Positions 50,506-60,715 of a stretch of DNA of 64,000 bases are shown piece after piece. The position numbers and the translations under genes were made by a program. Under the pieces are notes generated by a model. That model worked only from the letters and a program-made list of their open reading frames with translations. It had not been told where the DNA came from and searched no databases. Each line of letters starts with the position of its first letter. Positions within the stretch are counted from its first letter, which is position 1. This DNA is from an uncultured Gemmatimonadales bacterium (GTDB lineage Bacteria > Gemmatimonadota > Gemmatimonadetes > Longimicrobiales > RSA9): contig CAWCRS010000003.1 in NCBI GenBank assembly GCA_963798085.1, positions 256,001 to 320,000 of the forward strand. The letters are read 5' to 3'.

Positions 50506-52981
50506 TTATTCCGCCGACAAGGCGACGAGCGGGTCGATGCGTGCCGCGCGCGCAGCCGGGATGAGAATGGCGACGATCGCGACCATGGCCAGCAGCAGTC
50601 CGACCGCCGCGAACGTGAGGCGGTCAGTGTCGCTTACACCGAACAGGAGCGATTGCATGAAGCGGGTGAGCGCCCACGCGCCGGCGAGGCCGCTGGCGAG
50701 ACCGCTGGCGGCGAGCACGCTGCCCTGGCGCAGCACCATGCCCAGGATGCTTCGCTGCGACGCGCCCAGCGCCACGCGGATGCCGATATCGCGCGTGCCC
50801 TGGCTCACGATACAGCTCATTACGCCGTACGTGCCAATGGCGGCGAGCACGAGCGCGAAGCCGGCGAAAATGGTGAGCAGTGTCATGGCGAAGCGCGGGC
50901 GTGCGAGCGCCGCGTCGACGCGTTCGTCCATGCTGCGCGCGCGATACATCGGCAGATCCCGATCGACGGCCTGCAATGCGGTGCGAACGGCGGGCGCGAT
51001 GGTTTCCGGCGGACGTGTCGACCGCACCGTGACGTAGAGCGAGCGCGTGTTGAACTGCGTCTGCGCCAGGTACATCGCGATGCGGCCGTCCGCATCGAGA
51101 CCGTACTGCTTCACGCGCCCCACCACACCGACGACGGTCATCCAGTCGTTCGTGCCGGACGAGATGGGTCCGAGACGCAGTCGCTTTCCCACTGCATCCT
51201 GACCCGGCCAGTACTGATCGGCGAGGTACTCGTCGATGATGACGACGCGCGGCGCATCGGCACGGTCGGCTTCCGAGAAATACCGGCCACTGCGGAGCGG
51301 GATCTTCATCGCCTCGAAGTAGCGGCCGCCAACGACGCGCTGATCGGCGTTGATGAAGTCATCGCCGCCGGGCGGTGTGTAGCCTTCGACGGTGATCGGT
51401 CCCCACGCCATGTATCCGGAGAGGGGCAACGACGTGATGCCCCCGGCATACTCGACGCCCGGCACCGCCTGCAGCCGCTGCCACAGGTTCTCGTAGGCAT
51501 TGAGAACGGCGGGACCGTTCGGATACTGCGGACCGGCGAGGGACAGCTCGAACGTGAGTACGCCCCCGGGATCGAAGCCGGGTGGCACGTCGCGCAAACG
51601 GCTGAAGCTGCGGATCAGCAGGCCGGCGCCGATCAGCAGAATGAGGGAGAGTCCGAGTTCGCCGGCCACCAGCACGCGGTGCAACCGGCCGCCGCGTCCC
51701 CACATCGCGTTCGCGCCAATGGAGCCGCGACCCGCGTCCTTGAGTGCGCTCTGCAGATCGAGTCTGCCCATGCCGAGCGCGGGCGCAGTGCCGAACAGCA
51801 AGGCCGATGCGAAACACAGGCCGGTTGTGAACAGGAGTACGGGCAGCGTAATGCCGATGTGGTCGAGCCGCGGCACGTTGGGCGGCTGGAGCGCGCGCAT
51901 CCACGCAATGCCGCCGAGCGCCAGCACCAGCCCGAGCAGACCACCGGCTGCTGCGAGCACCAGCGATTCGGTGAGAAGCTGGCGCGTGATGCGGCGCGCG
52001 CGTCGCGCCCAGCGCGGAACGGACCGTGATCTCGCGCTGCCGGCCGAGTGCGCGCGAAAGCAGCAGGTTCGCCACGTTGGCACAGGCAATGAGCAGCACG
52101 AACGCCACCGCGCCGACGAGGATCAGCAGGGGTCGTCGGACGGTGCCGACCACCTGGTCGAGCAACGGCACCACGCTGAACGTCAGGCCGCCATTGGGCG
52201 GATAATTCGCGGGAAAGTCGCGACGCAAACGCGCTGTCAGGCGATCCATGTCCGCCTGAGCGGCGGCGACGCTGACACCGTGTTTGAGCCGTGCGATGAT
52301 GTTGTAGTCCTCGCGCCCGCGGAAACCGGCGGCGCCCGCCTGCATGGGAAGCGGCAGGAAGATGTCGCCGTCATCCGCCATGCCCAGCGTGGGCAGCACT
52401 TCGTGCGGCAGCCTGAAGCTCTGCGCCAGCACACCCACGATCTCGATCGCCTGGCCGTTGAGTCGGATGCTGCGTCCGATGACGCCGGGATCCGCGGCGT
52501 AGCGGTGAACCCACGTGTCGTGTCCGAGCACGGCCTTCGGGGCGCGGCCCGCGTGGTCGTCATCCGCCACGAACAGCGCACCGTGCGCGGCCGCGGCGCC
52601 CAGCATGGGCAGCAGATTCGACGACACACGGATGACGCCGACACGCTCGGGCTGGCTCTCGTCATCGGTGAGGTTCATCGTGTTGCCCAGCGCGATGGCG
52701 ACGTCGTCGAAGCTCGCGTTGTTGTTCCGGATGTCGAAGTACTGCGCCGTCGAGAACCAGTCCTCCGTGATGTTCAGGCCGGGCGAGCGGTTCCAGAGGA
52801 TGGCGAGCCGATCCGCGTGGGCGTAGGGCAGCGGGCTCAGCAGCAGTGCATGCGTGACGCTGAAGAGCGCCGTGTTCGCGCCAATGCCGATGCCCAGCGA
52901 GAGCACGGCCGCGCCCGCGAAGACAGGTTGCCGCGCGAAATGCCTGAGCGCATAGCGGATGTCTCGAGCCAGCATCGTCAT
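50506..52981 (-). CDS. ADOP-family duplicated ABC permease without prefix domain, +1 frameshift near 51998
   Basis: DIRYALR, LGIGIGANTALFSV, LLIACANVANLLL, GTRDIGIRVALGA, AARIDP. Confidence 0.88.
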
Positions 52982-53457
52982 GTCGTTCCCCGGGCCAGCA
53001 GGGCAGCCGCGCGCACGGTGCCGAAGCCCCGGCAGCCTCTCGCGGAAAATATTCCGGCGGGGACGAATACAGAATAGCGCGGCAGCGACGAGATTTCCTG
53101 ACAGCCTCCGCTCGCGCCCGACCGCGGCGCCGCCATGCGCGCAATTCGCCGCCGATCTCGCCTACAAACGCGACTGGGTTCGTCACCGCTGCCGCATCCC
53201 CGGCCAGTCTTCCGATGGAGGGTCTCGATCCATCGGAGGACTGATTCCTCGCGACTTCTCGCCTGTGTATTTTTCGGAGTGACCGATTCGGCAATGCGAA
53301 CAGAAGCCGTCCCACCGATCCCGAGTCGATTGGAACCGAAAACCCGTCGCTGGATGGGGAGAATGATCCCTGACATCGAGAGACGGTGTATCGTTCGATC
53401 CCGGGCTGCATGCCGACCTTTCCGCGGGGTCATCCCGGCCACGGAGAGGTGCACATC

Positions 53458-53904
53458 ATGAACGACCGGGTCCCACCTGGCGCCGAGGAACTGGCACACT
53501 GCCTTCTCGCGCATGAATCGAACGGGCGGAAACGACCCGAGGACCTGCTGGCAGCCACGGACGCGACGCTGCTCAAACTCCGCCACGCGCTGTCGCGGCT
53601 CCTCGGCACGGAAGGCATCTCGTCGATCGAAGCGAGGGCACTCGTTCGTGCAGAGCGCCTGCATCCGGTTCTCGGCCCCGTCTGGACCGGCGGGAGCAGC
53701 AAGCGCGCACTGGATGAGGCTCGCGCCAGTCTCGCGGAGCGGGACCCACGCGAGGCCGTGTCGGCTCTTCGTGCCGTTTGCGTCCAGCTCATCGGGCTCC
53801 TGTTCACGTTCCTCGGCGAAGACCTCACCACGCATATCGTTTACCTGACATGGCCCGACCTTCCAGCGGATGGCACACAGGGTCGAGAGAGAGATTCGCA
53901 ATGA
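53458..53904 (+). CDS. Small helical protein coupled to the KaiC-like gene
   Basis: SD GGAGAGG and ATGA overlap with the KaiC-like ORF. Confidence 0.7.
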   Translation: MNDRVPPGAEELAHCLLAHESNGRKRPEDLLAATDATLLKLRHALSRLLGTEGISSIEARALVRAERLHPVLGPVWTGGSSKRALDEARASLAERDPREAVSALRAVCVQLIGLLFTFLGEDLTTHIVYLTWPDLPADGTQGRERDSQ

Positions 53905-55637
53905 CCGATGACAGGAGCGTGCCCATCCGCGGGGTGTCCACCGGTGTTCCGGGCTTCGACGAGATTCTGGGCGGGGGGATCCCGCAGTACTCGTTCAATC
54001 TCATCGCGGGCGAACCGGGCACGGGCAAGACCACCTTGACGCAGCAGATCATCTTCGCCAACGCAACACCGGACCATCCCGCGCTCTACTTCACCGTGCT
54101 GGGCGAACCGACGCTCAAGATGCTCCGCTATCAGCAGCAGTTCTCCTTTTTCGAAACAAGTGCGGTCGGGCGTGCGGTCCAGTTCGTCAACCTCAGCGAA
54201 GTGGCGCTCGAGCAGGATCTGCCGAAAGTCCTCGAACGCATCATCCAGGAGGTCGAGGAAAGAGCTCCGTCCTTCGTGGTTGTGGATTCCTTCCGGACCG
54301 TGCTCCGGGCTGCAACAACCGAGGCAGGCGTGGAGATGGACCAGCAGAACTTCATTCAGCGCCTCGCGGTGCAGCTCACAAACCGCGAGGTCACGTCCTT
54401 CATGGTCGGCGAATACGCGGAGATCGAGGTCCGGCAGAACCCGATCTTCACCGTGGCGGACGGCATCATCTGGATGTTCCAGAAGGCAGAGGGCAACGCG
54501 AGCATGCGCAAGCTCAGCGTGGTCAAGATGCGTGGCAACGCATCCATATCCGGCCTTCATCCATTCCGCATTACCCGTGATGGGATCCGGGCATTTCCAC
54601 GCATCAGCGAGATGCCGCCGAGGTCCCAGGCCATGTCGACTGACCGGCGGCTCTCCACGGGCATCGCGAGGCTCGACGAGATGATGGGCGGAGGACTGCC
54701 CGCTGGCGACGCTGTTCTCGTCGCGGGTCCGGCGGGTTCGGGGAAGACGCTCGTGGCCATGCAGTTCATGATCGAAGGTTTGAAGAGCGGAGAATCCGGT
54801 GTCATCGTCATGTTCGAGGAGCATCCGGCGGAGTACCTGATGCGCGCCCGCACGCTGGGCGTAGACCTCGAAGCGATCGTTGATGCCGGCAAGCTTCGCC
54901 TCATGCGGCTCCGTCCACTCGACCTCTCCGTCGATGAGGTCGTGTACGAAATCCAGAATTCGGTGCGCATGATGGGAGCGACGCGCGTCGTGATCGACTC
55001 ACTGTCGGGCTTCGAGGTCGGCCTCGCGACAACGGAGAGCGACGAGATGCGCCAGTCGCTCTATCGCATGATCGCGACGCTCACGGGGTTGGGTGTCACT
55101 GTGGTAATGACGGCGGAGGTCGCCGAGGCGTTCGCAAGACCGCGTTTCACCCCGCACGCGATTTCCTTCCTCACCGACGACATCATCATGCAGCGTTTCG
55201 TCGAGATCAATGGTCACATTCACCCCGTCATCGGTATCGTGAAAATGCGGCGCAGCGGGCACAGCCGCGCACTCCACCTTTATGAGATCACACCGGAAGG
55301 CACGGTCATCAACGGAGTCCTGCGCGGCTATGACGGAATCCTTACGGGTGTGCCGGTCCAGCGTGCCGCCGTGACGTCCGCCGCGTTCGCAGGAATGACC
55401 GGCGGCGAGAGTGCCGTTCTCCGTTCTCTCATGGAGATGCGGACAGCGACAATGCATTCGATCCGCGACGAGACGGGTATGACTGAGGAGGAGCTTCTCC
55501 CGATCCTCGATCGATTGGCGGCACAGCAATTCATTGCTCAGGACGGACACGAAGGCGTAACCGCGTACCGGTACCAGTCACAGCCGGGTGACGTACAGCC
55601 AGGCTCGCGCCGCGAAGACGTTCAGTCGGGCAGGTAG
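53901..55637 (+). CDS. KaiC-like duplicated RecA-superfamily ATPase
   Basis: Two ATPase domains (STGVPGFDEILGGG..GEPGTGKT; STGIARLDEMMGGG..GPAGSGKT..FEE), KMRG/KMRR, ISFLTDDII. Confidence 0.9.
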   Translation: MTDDRSVPIRGVSTGVPGFDEILGGGIPQYSFNLIAGEPGTGKTTLTQQIIFANATPDHPALYFTVLGEPTLKMLRYQQQFSFFETSAVGRAVQFVNLSEVALEQDLPKVLERIIQEVEERAPSFVVVDSFRTVLRAATTEAGVEMDQQNFIQRLAVQLTNREVTSFMVGEYAEIEVRQNPIFTVADGIIWMFQKAEGNASMRKLSVVKMRGNASISGLHPFRITRDGIRAFPRISEMPPRSQAMSTDRRLSTGIARLDEMMGGGLPAGDAVLVAGPAGSGKTLVAMQFMIEGLKSGESGVIVMFEEHPAEYLMRARTLGVDLEAIVDAGKLRLMRLRPLDLSVDEVVYEIQNSVRMMGATRVVIDSLSGFEVGLATTESDEMRQSLYRMIATLTGLGVTVVMTAEVAEAFARPRFTPHAISFLTDDIIMQRFVEINGHIHPVIGIVKMRRSGHSRALHLYEITPEGTVINGVLRGYDGILTGVPVQRAAVTSAAFAGMTGGESAVLRSLMEMRTATMHSIRDETGMTEEELLPILDRLAAQQFIAQDGHEGVTAYRYQSQPGDVQPGSRREDVQSGR

Positions 55638-55681
55638 TCGAGTCCCGATCCCGACCAAGGGGAGAAGGAGCGAATCCGCCG

Positions 55682-57287
55682 ATGACGAGATCAGTGAGCC
55701 GAATGTCGGACAGGGTTAGAAGCCGGCCGCGACCGAAACCGATCGGCGCCGCAGTCTCATGGGCGGATGTCATCGCGGATTCACCGCTCGCCCTGGCTGT
55801 GATCGATCAAGCCACGTTCCATATCCTCGCAACGAACTCCGCTTTCGTGCACGCGACCGGTGCGCGGCACGGCCAGTGGCAGGACCGGCCCTTCACAGAG
55901 CTGCTAACAGAGGGTGCAGAAGCGACACGTTCGATTCTCGAGACCGACTCGCGAGACCAGCGTGCCGGGGCATGTCGAAGGGGTTGTCTACATGCATCCG
56001 GAGCGTGGTCCGGTCCGCTGGGAATGTACGGTCTGGAGGGTTCCGAGAGGCGCGGGCCGAGGCTGCCTCTCCATCATGGTCTCCGACGGTTCGAGCCAGG
56101 ACCGGGAACCGAGCGGACTCGCTGTGCTCGCCGAAGAGATCCGCGCTGCCAACGAGCAGCTGCTGCTTGCAGGCATGCGCCAGTTGGATCTGGCCGATCG
56201 GGCCCGCGATCACGCCGAGCAGATCGACCACCTCCTCGCCAGCCAGGACGGCGGCGTCGTCCTCCTCGACGGCGCAGGCAACATCCTCCTCGCGAACGCG
56301 ACCGCACAGCAATTGCTCGGGCTGCCCGATCCGGCCGATTCCGCCTTCGCCAGCCGATTCCTCCAGCTCGATCTCCGGAATGCGGACGGATCCATCGTAC
56401 CCACCGCGCAGCGGCCGGAGATGAGAGTTCTCCGCGGCGAACAATTTTCCGATCTGGACCTGCGGTTGTCACACCCGGAACGCGAGCCGGTCCATCTGCG
56501 CTGCACCGGAAGCGCCGTCGCAGACGGTGACAGTCGCCAGGTGACCCTCGCGATCCTGGTATTCCACGACGTCACGGACAAGCACCGGCTCGATGAACTT
56601 CGGGCCGAATATATCTCTCTCATCTCTCACGACCTCTCGTCACCGGTCAGCGCAATCCTCGGGTACGTATCGCTCTTTCGCGACATGGCGGAGAGCTCCG
56701 CACCGGCGGCCGCCACGGTATGGGTCGATCGCATCAGCGATTCGGCGGAACGCATGGCCGCGATGATCCGGGACCTCGTCGAGTCGACGCGCCTGGAGTC
56801 GGGAGTACTCACGCTGCAGCGCGAACCCGCGAACCTTGCATTGCTTGTCGGTCGCGCCGTCACGCTGCTGCCCTCGGTCGAGGACCGCCGTCGTTTCAGC
56901 ATCGAGGTCGCCCCTCCGGCCCTGGTCGCGCTCGACCTGGAGCGCTTCGACCGCGTCATCACGAACCTGATATCCAACGCACTCAAGTATTCCACCCCCG
57001 GCTCATCGATCGATGTGCGGTTCCATAAAACGGATCACGAACTGATCATGTCGATGAAGAGCATGGGGCCAGGCATCCCGCCGGAGAGCATTTCGAAGAT
57101 CTTCGGGCGCTACTTCCGCGTGGACGCTGGTTCACGGATCCGCGGCACCGGACTCGGGCTGTATATCGCGCGGCTGATCGTGGAGGCACATGGCGGCCGC
57201 ATCTGGGCGGAATCCGTCGCAGGCCAGAGCACCACGTTTTCCATCGCACTGCCTTCTGACTGCGGGCCGGCCGCCGATCCCGCTTGA
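55682..57287 (+). CDS. Cytoplasmic PAS-PAS histidine kinase, +1 frameshift near 55943
   Basis: PAS-like N-terminus, ISHDLSSP H-box, NLISNALKY, GPGI, GTGLGLYI..HGG.IW. Confidence 0.85.
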
Positions 57288-57339
57288 CGATTGCCTCTGC
57301 TTTTATCGCTGCCGCATTAGCACGCCAGCAGAACGTAGG

Positions 57340-57355
57340 CGGCACCAGACTTGCT
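57340..57355 (+). promoter_or_regulatory. Candidate sigma-54 (-24/-12) promoter
   Basis: CGGCACCAGACTTGCT fits GGCAC-N5-TTGC, upstream of the repeat lipoprotein gene. Confidence 0.5.
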
Positions 57356-57432
57356 CCTGAAACAGGAATCCGCAGCCCCCTGTCAGTTGACCCATCGGAA
57401 TCCGTAGCCATCGGATGAGGTATTGAACCACG

Positions 57433-60400
57433 GTGACCCACCGCCGTCGGCAAACCTCGCTCACCGGCAGCGTCGCCGACCCGCGGACTTCTCGTCGAAG
57501 CTCATTCCGCCTCGTTTCCGATAAGCCTGCCGTGGCGGCGGTGCCGCCGCAGCAGCCGGTCCTCCACCACGGTCCAGGCCGGAGGGCCTCTGGCCCGCGC
57601 GTCCCTGTCAACCTCGCCAGGCGACTTCTCCTCCTGTGCGCTCTCTCCAGCGCGGCGTTCGGCACCGGTTGTCGCGAGATCAATGTGACCACGGCGCAGG
57701 TGGCGGCTCTGGCGGTCGTGCCAGACACCGCCTCCGTGAGCGTCGCCACGCGCCGGCAGTTGCGCGTCGTGCTTCGTGATGCGGCCGGCCACGAGCTGTT
57801 CGGACGGGCCGTCGACTGGTCCAGCAGCGACACCCGGCTGGCCACGGTTGATCCTGATGGCATGGTCGAGGGGGTCGCGGTTGGGACGGTCACGATCGGG
57901 GCGGCTGTCGGCGACGCCAGCGGGGTCGCCGAGATCAGAATCCTGCCGGCGCCGGCCATTGCAGCGAGCCCGGATACGGCGCGCATGACGCTCGCCGGGC
58001 ACGCGTCGGCTCCGGCAGTCGTCGATGTCGTGCTGTCGAACCCGGGCATTGCCGCGGTCACAGGCCTCCGCGCCACAACCATTGATGGTCAGGGTCAGCC
58101 TGTGGGATGGCTCCAGGCGACGCTTCTCTCTGCGTCGTTGCCGGCTGTGCTCCGGCTCGCCGGCTCGGCCGGGTCGCTGAACAGCGGCACCTATCAGGCA
58201 AGAGTAATGGTCGAAGCTTCCGCCGGTGCCTCACCAGCCTCGATTCCTGTCGAGCTTACGGTGTCGCCGGCGGGCCCCGCCATTGCCCTGTCCGATTCCG
58301 TCATTGCAATGACCGCGCTGGAAGGAGGCGCCGATCCACAGGGTGTGAGCATCACGGTGACGAACGGAGGCGGGGGCACGCTCTCCGGGCTGGGTGCGTC
58401 GGTCACATACACGAGCGGCCAGGGCACTGGCTGGCTGACCGCGAGTCTCAGTCCCTCGACACCGCCCAGCTCGTTGACGCTCACCGCGCAAACCGGCTCG
58501 CTCCAGCCCGGCACGCACGTGGCCAGTGTGCTCATCAGCTCGGCCACCAGCGGCGTGAGCCCGCGCATGATTGCGGTCAGCTTTGTGATCTCAGCGATGC
58601 CCCGTCCGACCATTGCGCTGTCGGCGACTGACGCACTGTTTTTCGCGGATGCGGGTGGTGCCGACCCCGGCAGCCAGCCCGTCGACATCAGCAACGCGGG
58701 CGGTGGCACGCTGAGCGGGCTCTCTGCCGCGGTACAATATGCCGCTGGCCAGTCCACCGGCTGGCTGACTGCCACACTCGCCGTGACCACCGCGCCCGCG
58801 GAACTGACGCTGCACGCGCGCACCGGCTCGCTGGCTCCCGGCCGCTATGATGCTTCGGTGCTGGTCAGCGCACCCAATGTCTACAACAGCCCGCAAGTGA
58901 TAACAGCGCATTTCCAGGTGGACGCGGCCGTGGTCGTGCCGCCTTCGATCGGGCTCTCAGTTGTCAGCATTGCCTTCACCGCTGCGGCTGGCGGCCCTGA
59001 CCCACAAGGTCAGACCGTGGATGTGAGCAACCGGGGCGGCGGTACGCTGAGCGGCCTCTCGACTGCGGTCAGCTACCCGGCCGGACAACCGTCGGGGTGG
59101 CTTGCCGCCGGGCTCTCTTCCACCGTGGCCCCGGCTACTCTGACATTGCAGGCGACGACGGGTTCGCTGGCCGCCGGCACATGGACGGCGAACGTCGAGG
59201 TCCGGTCCGCCGGCGCGATCAACAGCCCGCAGACCGTGACCGTCACCTTCATCGTGACGCCGGTTGCAGTGCCCCCGGCGATTTCCTTGAGTCCGCCCAC
59301 GGCGTCCTTCACAGCGACGGCCGGTGGCGCCGACCCGCCTGCTGCGGCCGTCACGGTCAGCAACGCTGGCGGCGGCACGCTCAGCGCGCTGGCAGTCAGC
59401 GTGCAGTACGCGGCCGGCCAGCCCACTGGCTGGCTGAACGCCACACTCGCCGCGACCACCGCGCCCACGACGCTGACGCTGCGGCCGGTGACCGGCTCGC
59501 TGGCTCCCGGCAGCTATGACGCTTCGGTGCTGGTCAGCGCACCCAGTACCTCCAACAGCCCGCAAGTCGTAACAGCGCATTTCCAGGTGGACCCGCCCGT
59601 GGTCGTGCCGCCTTCGATCGGGCTCTCTGCTGTCAGCATTGCCTTCACCGCTGCGGCTGGCGGCCCTGCCCCACAAGGCCAGACCGTGGATGTGAGCAAC
59701 CGGGGCGGCGGTACGCTGAGCGGCCTCTCGACTGCGGTCAGCTACCCGGCCGGACAACCGTCGGGGTGGCTTGCCGCCGGGCTCTCGTCCACCCTGGCCC
59801 CGGCTACTCTGACATTGCAGGCGACGACGGGTTCGCTGGCCGCCGGCACATGGACGGCGAACGTCGAGGTCCGGTCCGCCGGCGCGATCAACAGCCCGCA
59901 GACCGTGACCGTCACCTTCATCGTGACGCCGGTTGCAGTGCCCCCGGCGATTTCCTTGAGTCCGCCCACGGCGTCCTTCACAGCGACGGCCGGTGGCGCC
60001 GACCCGCCTGCTGCGGCCGTCACGGTCAGCAACGCTGGCGGCGGCACGCTCAGCGCGCTGGCAGTCAGCGTGCAGTACGCGGCCGGCCAGCCCACTGGCT
60101 GGCTGAACGCCACACTCGCCGCGACCTCCGCGCCCACGACGCTGACGCTGCGGCCGGTAACGGGCGCTCTTGCGGCGGGAACCTACAACGCCACGGTTGC
60201 GGTAACCGCGAACGGTGCCGCCAACAGTCCGCAGACGATCGGCGTGACCTTCACCGTGGACGCCGGCATCACCATACCCCCAGCGCCCACCGGTCTCCAG
60301 GCCACCACAAAGAGCCGCAGCGAGATCGATCTCAAATGGATCGACAACAGCATGGTGGAGGACAGCTTCGTAGTGGAGCGCAGTCCGCTGCTGCCTGTCG

Positions 60401-60552
60401 CCTGGTCCAGCGTTGCGACGCTCAAACGCAACACGACCAGCTACGCGGACAAGGGCCTGCTGAGCAACACGCTCTACTGGTACCGTGTGCTGGCCTGCAA
60501 TGCCGCCGGCTGCTCCACCTCCAACGTCGATTCGGCGACCACAAAGCGCTGA
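57433..60552 (+). CDS. Large surface lipoprotein: Big_2, tandem BACON-like Ig repeats, C-terminal FN3 (start uncertain)
   Basis: RRLLLLCALSSAAFGTGC, WSSSD..ATVD..G, repeated 'SNAGGGTLSGL..Y..GQ.TGWL.A.L' units, terminal PPAPTGL..LKWIDNS..YWYRVLA.N. Confidence 0.85.
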   Translation: MTHRRRQTSLTGSVADPRTSRRSSFRLVSDKPAVAAVPPQQPVLHHGPGRRASGPRVPVNLARRLLLLCALSSAAFGTGCREINVTTAQVAALAVVPDTASVSVATRRQLRVVLRDAAGHELFGRAVDWSSSDTRLATVDPDGMVEGVAVGTVTIGAAVGDASGVAEIRILPAPAIAASPDTARMTLAGHASAPAVVDVVLSNPGIAAVTGLRATTIDGQGQPVGWLQATLLSASLPAVLRLAGSAGSLNSGTYQARVMVEASAGASPASIPVELTVSPAGPAIALSDSVIAMTALEGGADPQGVSITVTNGGGGTLSGLGASVTYTSGQGTGWLTASLSPSTPPSSLTLTAQTGSLQPGTHVASVLISSATSGVSPRMIAVSFVISAMPRPTIALSATDALFFADAGGADPGSQPVDISNAGGGTLSGLSAAVQYAAGQSTGWLTATLAVTTAPAELTLHARTGSLAPGRYDASVLVSAPNVYNSPQVITAHFQVDAAVVVPPSIGLSVVSIAFTAAAGGPDPQGQTVDVSNRGGGTLSGLSTAVSYPAGQPSGWLAAGLSSTVAPATLTLQATTGSLAAGTWTANVEVRSAGAINSPQTVTVTFIVTPVAVPPAISLSPPTASFTATAGGADPPAAAVTVSNAGGGTLSALAVSVQYAAGQPTGWLNATLAATTAPTTLTLRPVTGSLAPGSYDASVLVSAPSTSNSPQVVTAHFQVDPPVVVPPSIGLSAVSIAFTAAAGGPAPQGQTVDVSNRGGGTLSGLSTAVSYPAGQPSGWLAAGLSSTLAPATLTLQATTGSLAAGTWTANVEVRSAGAINSPQTVTVTFIVTPVAVPPAISLSPPTASFTATAGGADPPAAAVTVSNAGGGTLSALAVSVQYAAGQPTGWLNATLAATSAPTTLTLRPVTGALAAGTYNATVAVTANGAANSPQTIGVTFTVDAGITIPPAPTGLQATTKSRSEIDLKWIDNSMVEDSFVVERSPLLPVAWSSVATLKRNTTSYADKGLLSNTLYWYRVLACNAAGCSTSNVDSATTKR
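58822..60159 (+). repeat. Near-identical intragenic 669-bp tandem duplication
   Basis: Copy 1 spans 58822-59490 and copy 2 spans 59491-60159. In frame (223 codons), few substitutions. Confidence 0.92.
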
Positions 60553-60715
60553 TTCCCGAGCGTCGGCCATGCGCCATTCCGCATGGCCTTGCGCACTTCA
60601 ACGCGCCCCGGGCGCGGCGGCGGGGGACAGCGCGGGCGTTCCCCGCACCTTGACCAGCCGTCGCGCAGCGCAGCGGTACTCACGGCACGAGGCGAGGCGG
60701 CGATTGCGGCGCCCT

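Noticed and set aside
53901..55637. True circadian clock gene kaiC
   Set aside because: No kaiA or kaiB in the window, and the catalytic and phosphosite motifs are altered, so no gene symbol was assigned.
7129..57287. Programmed frameshifting or mass pseudogenisation
   Set aside because: The shifts are scattered single-base indels in unrelated genes, without shared slippery sites or nonsense codons. Sequencing error is the simpler explanation.
58822..60159. Diversity-generating retroelement TR/VR pair
   Set aside because: Differences between the copies are not adenine-specific, both copies are in-frame domains, and there is no reverse transcriptase.
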